Source of the DNA: Antedon mediterranea
Taxonomy: Eukaryota > Animalia > Echinodermata
Length of the DNA stretch: 64,000 nt
Assembly: GCF_964355755.1 (NCBI RefSeq)
Contig: NC_092670.1
Span: 14,990,795-15,054,794, forward strand
Reading direction: 5' to 3'
The notes below the pieces were generated by a model. The model saw only the letters and a list, made by a program, of their open reading frames with translations, was not told the DNA's origin and did not search any database. Of the stretch, positions 28,956 through 40,900 are shown in pieces. The translations under genes were made by a program, and so were the position numbers. How positions within the stretch are numbered: position 1 is the stretch's first letter; each line of letters opens with the position of its first letter.

Positions 28956-30151
28956 GTGACTGCAGCATATACTTACAAATCATTGAATACAATCAAACTT
29001 AGGGCACATAATAGACAACTTCTGCCGATCACATAACACACTTGGAAATTTATAATTTGTGTAATATCATTTCCGGTTATGTGACGTCACTTCCGGTTTT
29101 CGAAAATTTTCGAAATACAGACGTGTTTAGTATCTTTGAAAAGAAAATCACTTTGAGATTTCATAATTTACCGTACTTATGCCATTTTCGGGTATGTGAC
29201 GTAACTATTCGGAATATAGCCGTATTTGGTAGCGAGGTTATTGATGTGTATGTGACGTTACATCCCGTCTTATGACGTCATTACAACTTCTTTGCTGTAC
29301 CCCGAGTATCGCACATTTATGCTTGTTTATTGAAATATCAGAAAATTCTCTTTTACTTGCATTATTCACTTTTTATAAAATATACTTATGTTTCAGAAAC
29401 ATCGTGATCAACCAATATGACGTCCGGTAAGGTAACCCCACAATTATTCGGCTACACTATGATATAAATAAACTGTTTAATGGGATTCTGAAACTCTTAA
29501 AAAATATTTGTTTTGTACAGAACTTTTTGGTGATTTTTCGGCTAAAGATCATGACTGGGAAAATGATTGTGTGACTTGGGAAAAAGATGGAATGCTGATG
29601 TCGAAATGGATGAGAGAGGATAACCTTGATGCCATTAAAGATTTTGAAGTTCATGACGATGACATCTGGGTTGTGACTTATCCTAAGTCAGGTAACTTCT
29701 TTATGTCAATTAATATTAGACAAAGTCAATCAAAAAGATCGATTCATCTTCTCATTCAATCAATTTTGATTGACCATCTCATAATTCAATCAATTTCATT
29801 TCTTTCAAACTATTCAATCTCATTATACAACCAATTAATAAAAATTCGAATCACATTGAAATATAGAAGTAATTCTCTAAAAAAAATCTGGCAATCAATC
29901 GATTTTTCCATTTAGGAACAACCTGGATGCAAGTGATTATGTCTTTAGTTGTTGTTGAAGGCGACGAAAAAAATATTAAAACCACATATATGCAGAATGA
30001 GTATTTTACGGTTCACGAATGACCCAAATTGATCATTTTGTCTAATACGACATTTTTTTTAAATTTTGGAGTGATCAATAATAGGCCTACTAATCTATAT
30101 AGCATAACCACGTGAACGCAATAAACAAAGTGATTGGTAAAATTACTAATA

Positions 30152-31559
30152 CTAGATGGTACGCTCGCTTCGCTCGCGTACCATCTAGGTCGTGCCCACA
30201 GATGGTTCTCGAATACATAATAATTTCAGAGTTAAAAAACTGGCGATTTCAAATGTACGTACCGCAGGACAATAATACATTTATGTAATCAACTAAAATT
30301 AGCACTCTGGGAATTACTTCCGAAAGAGAAACTTGTCACAAAATGAGACCAATTGTTTAAGTCAAATTTAAACAAACTTAATTTGTGTTTTATATGTAAC
30401 ATTAGGGTTGAGGGATGGGGCAGAGGATGGGTGCAAAGAGGAACAATTTTTAAATATATTCTTTTATCCATTTAGTAACGAAATATTAATTGTTTTCATG
30501 TTTTACAAATAATATACCACTAAACACAGTAAAACATTACGATGTAATACTTGTTGAAACTATCACCGTTCTAGTCGATTGAAAAGTACAGTACATGTAA
30601 CGATACATCACTACGACGTGTATATGTTTATATAATGTAAAACAATTTGTGAAAACCACCTCTATTCGGGGCAAATCATAAATTCGATTTAATCGTCAAT
30701 ATATATTAAATTATCTAACTCAACTTAATTAGTAGGCCTAATGGTTTTCAATTGTTTCTTAGAGCCAATTCATACTTAAAGTTGGTTCCTACCCTACCCA
30801 CCAAAGTTGTTGCGTTTTGGGCATGTGATGCACTGTAGGCCTATCCTCTACTGGCTTTACAACGCTACTCATGCCAGTGAGGGAAGGGTGATGATGTGGG
30901 TGGTTTAACTGCAATAATAAATATTTGTACATAAATACACGGCGACTGAAAACGCTAGCTCATTATCCGTTTAAAAAAAATGTATATCCAACCTCTGCAG
31001 CACAGATTGAAAAAAAAATGGATCGAATTTCTGTTATGAGTATACAGTACTTGCCTTTACGACGCCTGAGGGAATAGACACTTGTGGAACAGAGATTGGA
31101 ATGTTCCATTCATCGCAAATCAATACATTTGTAAAAACGTATATTAAATCTATCAAAATAGAATTTTTAAAGAAAATCGGCCTGTCTTCAACATTATGAT
31201 GCTGTACTCGAACTGTTCAACCGGTTTTCAGCTATTAAAAACAATTATCGTAGGAGGAGATAGGAAAATGCGAAGTGTCCTCGTATTATTATGTGCGGGT
31301 ATTTTTCAAATTGGACATCCATTAGACAGTGTATACCACGATCGGAAAACACCCCTATTTGGGGAAAATCGTTGAACCTAAATTCGTTTTAATCGTCAAT
31401 AACTAATTATCGAATTCAATTTAATTAGTAAACAGGGTTACATCAGGTGGTTAAAATCAGTACCGAAAGTACAAACCAACTTTACATACCATCGAGTAAA
31501 CATTCTAGAAACAACGCGCGATTTACCGAATTTTGCCCTTACGTAAATTTATATATAGA
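30152..31559 (-). mobile_element. Non-autonomous Helitron (about 1.4 kb)
   Basis: Minus strand starts TCTATATATAAATTTACG and ends with a hairpin plus CTAG, inserted between A and T, no TSD. Shares termini with 52850-53299 and 58927-59186. Confidence 0.85.
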
Positions 31560-32970
31560 TTGTGCGTGCATCTTTGCATTAAGTCATGGAACTTAATATT
31601 ATTTTTTCTTTCGAATAAAGCTTGACAGAATGCCGCCTCCGCATAAACTGTTAGATCAAACGCCTTCTCCACGGATGATTAAAACTCACCTTCAAGATAT
31701 TCACCTTCCTCAGCAACTGTTAGAGAAGACTAAACCCAAGGTGAGTACCAGCACTACACCTAATTACAGTTCCTTCACAAGAAAAACTCATCTTCTATTT
31801 CATTCTTGTTTAGGTAGCTATTTTAGAATAAATGCAAAATAATATCTTTTAGGGTGCCGCATAATGTCAATGAAATTAAATATGTAATAATTCAAATACG
31901 CATTAAATATTAGTTCAGTCTACACTTAAAAAAAGAAATTCCACTTTCTTAAAAGATCATCTATGTTGCCAGAAATCCCAAGGATGTTGCTGTGTCGTAC
32001 TTTCACTTTCACACCTACAACCGCTGCTTGCCAAAGTACACAGATTGGAACCTGTTTTACGAAGATTACAAGAAAGATAAGGGTGGGTGGATTTTTTTAA
32101 AAGCTGCGACTGTCGACTAACCGACTGATTAACTATGAGAATGACGCTCAACAGTTGGTCGAATCAGGGACTGGTCGCATATACAAAAACACGACATTTG
32201 TGGGCGCGATGGAAAGAGGAGATAGTCATTAATACATTTTTTTCCTGGAGAGGGATGGGCTAAGCCAGGTGCATTGGCCCTAGACGACAACACCAGGTCA
32301 CGGGACCAGTAACAGTAGTGGTGATGTATAATATATATATATAAACTGACGACGAAATCTAAATTATTTCCATTTATATTTCTTAAAAGTCATATGGGGT
32401 TCCTGGTTCCAACATAACCTGTTCTGGTGGGAAAGACGTTATCTTCCAAATGTTCTGTTCTTGAAGTACGAAGATATGAAAACAGTAAGTTAACAAAGAA
32501 TTCGAATCAATTTGATTAATTTTATTTAATTATTTAGCTTACATTCAGCATTCTTTCGTACGCTAAATGTATGCTTAAAATATCTTTATAAATATTCTCA
32601 CTAGGACCCGAAGGGTGCAATTATTCAGGTAGCAGATTTCATGGGATACAAATTGTCGGATGATGCTATTAACAAAATTGTCGAAAAATCAAGCTTTAAA
32701 ACAATGAAGAGCAGCGACAAAACTGGTCCTCGTTTAGCAGCCCAAACTGGATTATTTGACCCGAAGTACTATAAAGACCCGTCGTTCTTTATAAGAAAAG
32801 GTAGGCTTACGTGAACAAAATATGGGACAGTTGGGGAAAATAAATCAATTTTATAAATTAAAAATTGGAATAGTCAAATTAATGTTGTAGCTATAGGTAA
32901 AGATGACGATGCAAAGATGTTAATGATAAGGATGTTTATAATTGTTTTATTGCTGGTGTTTATAAAGATA

Positions 32971-33501
32971 AACTAGAGGGTACTCCGAGAGTACAAACCT
33001 CCGCCTACTGTAAAATTCCTCTACATAAAATGCCCCCTGTATAATTTTTTTTTAACATTTTTTTTTATTAGTTCTAAGTGTAAATATGTTAACTGCACAC
33101 TACAAAGTTGTGGATGACAGTGTGGTGTAATGGTTATGTATCCAGCCTCTCACAGTTGAGGTCGCTGGTTCAAGCCCCACTGAGGGTTTTTTTTTTTTAA
33201 TTATTTTTTTATTTTTTATTTTTTTTTTTTGGTGGACCTTGATCTTTGACACTGACCCTTCAAAATGTAACCAAAATTATATGATGTGTCATTGATCATT
33301 GTGGCTAAGTTTGGTGAGAATCGGATCAAAACTGTGGTCTCTAGACAGTAAAATAGTTTTTTGTTAGTTGTGACCTTGACCTATGACCTTTCCCCCTCAA
33401 ATTCGAACTCGTCCGAGCTTTTTGGGCATAGATCATTGTGTCCAAATTTGGTTAGAATCGGATAAAAACTGTGGCCTCCAGGCTGTTCACAGACACACAC
33501 A

Positions 33502-33547
<46 letters not shown>

Positions 33548-33588
33548 AACATACAGGGGTGAAAACATAACCTCCTTGGCGGAGGTAA
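32971..33588 (-). mobile_element. Helentron/DINE-1-like element with (CA)n microsatellite and tRNA-like cargo
   Basis: AACTAGAGGGTACTCCGAGAGTAC hairpin end, sub-terminal inverted pair ACCTCCGCC / GGCGGAGGT, nearby inverted ACCTCC, (AC)n tract 33493-33550. Absent from the aligned intron of copy B. Confidence 0.7.
33116..33190 (+). pseudogene. Degenerate tRNA-derived sequence (Glu-CTC-like loop)
   Basis: A box TGGTGTAATGG, CTCTCAC loop, B box GGTTCAAGCCC, long oligo-T. Stems degenerate. Confidence 0.5.
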
Positions 33589-35315
33589 TAATGATGTAAA
33601 TAACAATAATGTTGATGATGTTCATGTAATACCATTACTGTTATGGTTCATTAACCATAATTTTTGTATTTCAGGCGTTACTGGCGATTGGAAGAACCAC
33701 TTCACAGTTGCCCAGAATGAAGATTTTGACAAGATATGCAAAGCAAAACTTGACGGAACTGGACTATATGACGATGATTATTCTTATTAAAATAAAACAA
33801 AATTATTATTCAATCGTTGTTCCTTGAAATAATATTAATTAATAACAACAATAGACATTTTATTTAACAGTTTATAATGTTGATAATTTGTATTACTGGT
33901 AACGTGAGGCAACTAGGTATTTGGAAATGTAGGCCTACAGATTTTAGGGCAAATTGATAGCCATTTGCTAAGTGATAATGTTTACGTCTATAAAAAGATA
34001 AATACTAGGGTCAGGTGACTTAACAGCCGAATTTTATAAGCAATTTTGGCATATATTTAAAAAAAAGGGCTTCGTAATTCGCTTTCACAGACCAGTGAAT
34101 GCCAATATCTCTTCCTTGTTAAAAAAAAAAAAAAAGAAGAAATATATTGATATTAAGGCTACAGTTTCACTTTTTACACAATATAATTATATACTGTATA
34201 AACTTTTTTGAAATTATAATGACAATACAGTAAGTTTCGCAGATAATGTTGGTTGCTTTAGATATTGTTTGTTAAATCAAGAAAAAGAAACGATTCCATA
34301 TGGTTTGGGTGTAACAGAAAAATTATAAACCTACATAATTAAATTGATCGATCCAATAAAGAATTTGGATATTTATGTAGGAATTTAAGTTTGAAAAAAC
34401 CGTTTTGGTAAATGATGTAAATATAACATGAAACAATGTTATAAGGAAATAATGTTGCATATTGATATTAGACTTTGTGTTATTATGACATAGCTAAAAC
34501 CCCTGTAAGTAAATATTTACAATTCAACATTTTATCAGATTAAACTACTGTTCTCTCTTTCTCTCTAATAATGTCCGATTAGACCTTGTTTATGCGCATT
34601 ATGGTTCATGTTGTATAGGCCTAATTATTACAAGTTTAGTATTGGTATCGAATGTTCTTGGAAACAATAAAGGTAGGCCTATATGTTATTTCGCTGCGCA
34701 TCCAACATACATTTTCAAATTACAGACTTAGATTGATGCAAGGGCTGGTTATGTTATCGACGTGTAATTATTTTACGACCAACCTCGTTTGCAAGCCTGT
34801 ACGGAGATAAGATACGAATTATAATTTGGCGGCCGGCTGATTCCAAAATTAAGCATCCTGCACAACATATTATTTATTTTGCTGGTAGGTGCTGTTTATT
34901 AATGTTAATCAAGTGTGTGTGTGCATTTTAAAGATGTGTTATCATTCTTTATCCATATACTAATTGATGCTATACTTATTATAGGCCTATGCCCGTGGGT
35001 ATGAATGTGAGTTGTATATTGCTATTGTATTGGTTGTTATATTTGGTTTAGGCGGGGGTGTGGTGCTAAAGCGTTTTCCATACATTATTTCGTATTATTA
35101 AACAAGACCTTAACTCTAATGTGATAATCCTTAAGATAGGCATAGCCCTAGGGTAAGTAAAAGAACTTAAAATATTACATGCGAAATTGATTTAGTATCT
35201 CTGCTCTTCTTTTAGATGTTGATTTTGATTTATCAATCAACGAAATGTAACAAATCACTTTTATTTACATTTGCATGATATTCACTTTGTTTCAGAAACA
35301 TCGTAACCAACCAAC

Positions 35316-37432
35316 ATGCCATCCGGTAAGGTAACCCTACCATTATCTACACCGTTGCATGATTTAAAGTGTTTATTTTGATTCTGCAACTCTTGACAGC
35401 TATTTGTTTTGTACAGAACTCGATCTCTTCAGTAAGCTATTTGGCGATTTTTCGGCAAAAGATCACGTTCACGACTGGGATAGCGATTCTGTGACTTGGG
35501 TAAAAGATGGAATATTGCTCTCAAAGTGGCTAAGAGAGGATAACCTTGATGCCATTAAAGATTTTGAAGTTCGTGATGATGACGTCTGGCTCGTAACGTA
35601 TCCCAAGTCAGGTAACGACTTTATATCGATTAATACTAGAAAAATATTCTATCAACTAAAAAGAAATTGGACAATCAATTGATTTTTCAATTTAGGAACA
35701 ATCTGGATGCAAGCTATCATGTCTTTAGTTGCTGTTAAAAGAAACGAAGAACAGGTCAAAACCACATACATGCATGCAAAATATACCATTCTTAGAAAGG
35801 GCTATGGTTCCACACTATTCCTTGGTAAGTTAACTCGACCATTTCCACATAAACCGATCCGAAATAAGAACAAGCATTGGCAGTTTGCATACACATTTTC
35901 ACATCGGTAGAGATGGACACAACTCATTGAAACAAAGTATAAACTACTAAACGTTGACTGACAGTTTGGATGATTTGTCGCTTTTGAATGCTTAAATATT
36001 TAATGCTTTAATATTTTGCGTACGTCTGTGGAACCTAGGCCTAATATATTTTTTCCAAATCAAGCTTGACAGAATGCCGCCTCCACACAAACTGTTAGAT
36101 CAAGCCCCTTCTCCATGAATGATTAAAACTCACCTTCAAAAAACGTTCCTGCCTCGACAACTGCTAGAGAAGACTAAACCAAAGGTGAGTATACGTATTC
36201 AGCACTACCCACTCCTATTGACATTTTCGTCTTATCTTCTGCCATTTCAATCTTGTTCTGCAGCAGCTAATTTAGAATAAATACAGACCATTTAAAAATA
36301 ATATGTTATGGCATAATATCTATAAATTAAAATAAAATACAAATAGTTCGACATTAAAAAAATTCCTCTTTCTTAAAAGGTCATTTACGTTGCCAGAAAT
36401 CCTAAGGATGTTGCTGTGTCGTACTTTTACTTTCACACCTACAACCGCAGTTTGCCAAAGTAGCCTACACAGACTGTTTTACGAAGATTACAAGAAAGAC
36501 AACGGTAGATGGAATTTTTTTTTGTGAAGCCGAATTTTAACTGCCTGATTAACCAAAATGAAACCAAAACCCAATCTACCAACAGAATAAAGCACCAGGC
36601 TGAGTCATAGAAATTACAAAGACACGCGGCATTGGTTTACTTGTTTCGCTGTCATTATGTAGGCCCATCATACAAAAATTATCTATATTAAATAAAGTAA
36701 GTTAGATAGATAATAAACCACTGGTAAGGTGTGTGAAACTGAGAACATGACATGTGAAATTTTTTCCATCCATAATTTTTTAGTCATTTGTGGTTCTTGG
36801 TTTCAACATAACCTGTTTTGGTGGAAAAGACGTCACCTTCCTAATGTTTTTTTCTTGAAGTACGAAGACATGAAAATAGTAAGTAAGGTCTTCATTCATC
36901 TGACTATGAGATAAAGGGCCACCATGCGCTCTTTTACATGAATAATTTGTCATTATTATTCTTCTCACTACTGTAGGACCCAAAGGGTGCTATTATTCAG
37001 GTAGCAGGTTTCATGGGATACGAACTGTCGGATGATGCAATTAACACAATTGTCGAAAAATCAAGCTTTAAATGTATGAAGAGCAGCGAAAAAGTTGGTC
37101 TTCCTAAAGAAAAAAATGAAATGTTTGACACAAAATATTATAAGGGCCAGTCATCCTTTATACGAAAGATACGTGAACCAATATTTGGCAGAGATGGAGG
37201 AGGGGGTCTGTAAACAGGGAGATGGGTCATGGCAACGTGACAACCATACCTCTTTTGATTTTCATCTTGTTTGTCTATGACTGATATTACTATTGTACGC
37301 CCTTTTGTATTTCAGGCGTAACTGGCGATTGGAAGAACCACTTTACAGTTGCCCAGAATGAAGAGTTTGACAATAATGCAAAGGAAAACTTGACGGAACT
37401 GGACTATATGATGATTTTTTTTTCTTTTTTAA
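35316..37432 (+). pseudogene. Cytosolic sulfotransferase (SULT1-like) copy D, multiple lesions
   Basis: 4-bp ATGC duplication in exon 3 (about 35772), TGA in exon 4 (36116-36118), TA>TAGCCTA insertion giving a stop plus a deletion in exon 5 (36461), lost exon-7 donor (about 37169), frameshift in exon 8. Confidence 0.92.
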
Positions 37433-37943
37433 ATAAGAAAAAACACTAATCAAAGCGATTGAACTATCTATTAATCTATCAACTATCATCACTTTAAAAT
37501 AGTTTGACGTAATTACTGGAGCAATTGATAAATAACCTACAATGATTCTTAATTATTATTTACAAATTTTAAAACAAACTGGGAGACTGGTTTTTATAGA
37601 TTTTTTAATATTAAAAATAATAGGTCTTTATTAAGACATTTAAAAAAATATTAATTATTAATAAGGAACACTATTTTGTAAAGAGAAATAGGCCTATGCC
37701 TAGGTGAGAAATGTAGATGGAAATAAAAGTGGGACCCACGTAAAAAAACAAATATATTGAAAGAAATAATGAATAACTTAGGACATTTAAAAAAAAATGT
37801 AAATTTTCCAGGGGCGTTGCCCCTAAGAGTTACACTCCTCTGATTGGCTAGTTTTATTATAGATCCCTTGGAATTTAGCACATGGCCTGGTGGTGTAATA
37901 AGTGTTATTGTCACGCAAGACTGGGCATGGAAGACAAGAAAAC

Positions 37944-40900
37944 ATGGCATCTTCGAGTCACAACAGAGAATTTCCGAACACATTAGATGATCATGTATCA
38001 ACTTCTAGTAATCTTATAGACAGTTATAGCAAGGTAGTTAATAACTACAGAAGCTATGCCTCGCTGTACAGACCATTGGATTTGTCAGAGGGGAAATAAA
38101 GATCTTCGTAGCCTAGCCTAGGCCTACTAGCCTAGTTGTTCATGCCGAATTTTGTTTGTTATTGGTGTGGATTATGTTTTGGCTTACTGACTTGATCTGA
38201 GTCAATTCGTACCCATACCCTTCTGGGTCACAGTGCATATCGGCCGCCAGTCATTTCGGCCGCCGGTTATGGAACGCCCAAAATCATGAAACGCCAAAAA
38301 GGACAAAATTATGTATTGTTTATTTCGGCCGCCAAAATCGTCAATTGGTAATGTATGGAACGCCTTAATTGTCAAAAAGGGTGTACGTATAATATGTCGT
38401 GTATCGTCGTAGACAAATTAATAAGTACGTTGAGATGAGTATAATAATGAACGTATTTAATGAAACCAACTAGTAGTCATGAACAATAGTATAGAATGTT
38501 TTGTAGGCTAACCTCGTCAGACCATATGCGCAGTACGCATATATATATGTGCGCGTGCATATACTACACTCCTCCTTTCTTATTTTAACGTTAACATTAT
38601 ATCAATAAGCACAATAAACTTTCGTTAATTATTTTGTTAATCAAATAGGTTAATCATCGTGATTAAATTACTGCTTCTATAGTTCCAGATAGTTCTTATT
38701 TGGTTCCTCATAATAATTAACAAATGTGAGTAATTCTCACCATTATAATTTTGTGTAAAAACATGAACAACATAACTTTAACGTTCATAATAATAACATT
38801 GTTCACAAGTTCTATATCTCTTCGATAAGTCGTGTTGGCTTCCTTCGAAGTCGCGTGGAGCGTCGTGGAATAACCTCAGGCGATGAAGACAATCTATGTT
38901 CCTCTTCAACCGGTTGGTTGGTGGATGTTTGCTCTTTGTTCGCAATCGTTTCGCTCGCAATCGTTATTGGTACTGTCTGTTTAATCTTGTGTTCCAACTC
39001 GCTATGTGAAGTAGGGGTTTTACTCGCGTAAGCGTCCGCGTCTGTCGCTTTCAACTGGTCAATGTGTCTTTTCCACACTCGGCCATCCTCAACACTAATT
39101 ACGTATGATTTTGGAGCGGTACGTTCTATCACGGTACCTGGCCACCACTTTCCCTCTTGTCGGAAATCTTTCACTAATACCATTTCACCTGGGTAAAATT
39201 CTCGTAGATCTTTCGTTTTGTCGTGATGAAGCTTCTGATCACTCTGCTTGTTAAGTACCTTGTTTTCTGTACTGGGATGTAAAAGTGATACTCGCGTTCT
39301 TAACTCACGGCCCATGAATAACTTCGCTGGCGTTTGTCCCGTAGTTGCGTGTTTTGTTGTGCGATACGATAAAAGAAATCTGTCCAAACATTGTTGGAAA
39401 TCCTTCCCATTAGCTCGGCTTGCCGCTAACGATCTTTTGAAAGATTGAACCATTCGTTCTGCTGCTCCGTTGCTTGCGGCGTGATAAGGTGCAACCTTTA
39501 CATGTTTCACCCCGTTTTGCTTTAAGAAGAATTCAAATTCGTCGCTAACAAATTGAGGTCCATTATCGCTTACAAGTTGAACAGGCAATCCGTATCTACT
39601 GAACAACTCTCTCATCGCTTTGATGGTCGCTGCACTCGTCGTACTGTTCATCTGAACGACTTCTGGCCATTTCGAATATGAGTCAACCACTACTAGATAA
39701 TCTCGTTTATCTTTCTGCGCATAGTCAATATTTATTCGTGTCCAAGGCTGATTTGGCCAGATCCAGGGCATCATTGGTGCTACGCTTGGTCGACTTTGTG
39801 TTTGGTGACATGCTTGACATTGCTTCACCAATCGTTCAATGTCGGAATCTATCTGGGGCCACCAGACATGACTTCGCGCAATCTCTTTCATACGCACGAT
39901 TCCGGGGTGAGCACAATGAAGCTCCTCCAGAACTGCCCCTCTGAGTTTCGGTGGAATCACTACCCTGTATCCCCACAGCAAACAGTCCTGTTCTACACTC
40001 AATTCGTCTCTTCGGTGTAGGAATGGTTTTAGATCGTCGTCGTTTTCTGACTGCCATAAACCTGTCTGTACCATGTATAACACTTTGCTCAATAGCGGGT
40101 CTTTCCTGGTATGCTGTTGTACGTTCGTACTCGTGACTGGCAAATTGTCTAATGTATGCCCCGCTATGTTATATACTGCATCGTCTTCCCGTCCTTCGTA
40201 TGGCATTGGGAGACGTGAGAGTGCGTCGGCAATTACGTTCTGTTTTCCAGGAATGAACTTTAAATCGTATTCGAACGCTGACAGTACGATTGCCCATCGC
40301 TGTAATCTCTGTGCGGCCAGTGTCGGAATAGCTGATTTAGGTCCTAGAATGCGTTCGAGTGGCTTATGATCAGTTCTTATCGTGAATTTCCGTCCGTATA
40401 AGTATGTTCTAAACCTTTGAAGTCCAAACATGATGCTTAGGGCTTCCTTGTCTAGTTGTGCATAACCCTTTTCGTGTTTATGCAGGCTTCGCGATGCGTA
40501 CGCGATCGGTGTTTTGATATTGTTCTCGTTTACGTGGCAAATGACTGCGCCAACTCCGTATGGTGATGCGTCCGTGTATAGTTCCAGTGGTTTTAATGGG
40601 TCATAATGCGTCAACATCATGTCTTCGCTAATAATTCGCTTTACCGCGTTAAACGCTTTACTACAGTCGACAGTCCATGACCATGGTTTGCTTCCCAACA
40701 GCTCATTCAAAGGATGTATCATCGTCGATAATCGTGGAATAAATGACGCGTGATAGTTAACTAGTCCTAGCCAGGATCTTAGTTCTGTTGCATTCTGTGG
40801 TGCTCGTGCATCCTTGATGGCTTTCACTTTATCGTTTGTCGGTTGAATTCCTGCTGCTGATAGCTTACGTCCCATGTAGACTACTTCCTTTTGTACAAAC

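Larger units (their letters stand above)
27650..29328 (+). mobile_element. Composite Helentron/DINE-1-like non-autonomous element carrying tRNA-Val sequences
   Basis: Perfect 12-bp sub-terminal inverted pair TACTCGGGGTAC (27650) / GTACCCCGAGTA (29297), short 3' hairpin GCACATT(C/T)(G/A)TGC, T-rich flanks, no TSD. The 3' ~130 bp is duplicated internally (about 27880-28000 vs 29220-29328). Confidence 0.6.
29417..33790 (+). pseudogene. Cytosolic sulfotransferase (SULT1-like) copy C; exon 3 3' end and donor lost, otherwise open
   Basis: Exons about 29417-29426, 29521-29691, 29916-29999 (truncated, VPFIEMPMVPHYSL missing), 31621-31740, 31956-32082, 32390-32484, 32605-32800, 33675-33790. No other stops or frameshifts seen. 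Confidence 0.75.

Noticed and set aside
33381-33635. CV-repeat ORF (and the SSISSFTN ORF at 8433-8639)
   Set aside because: Microsatellite and minisatellite translations.
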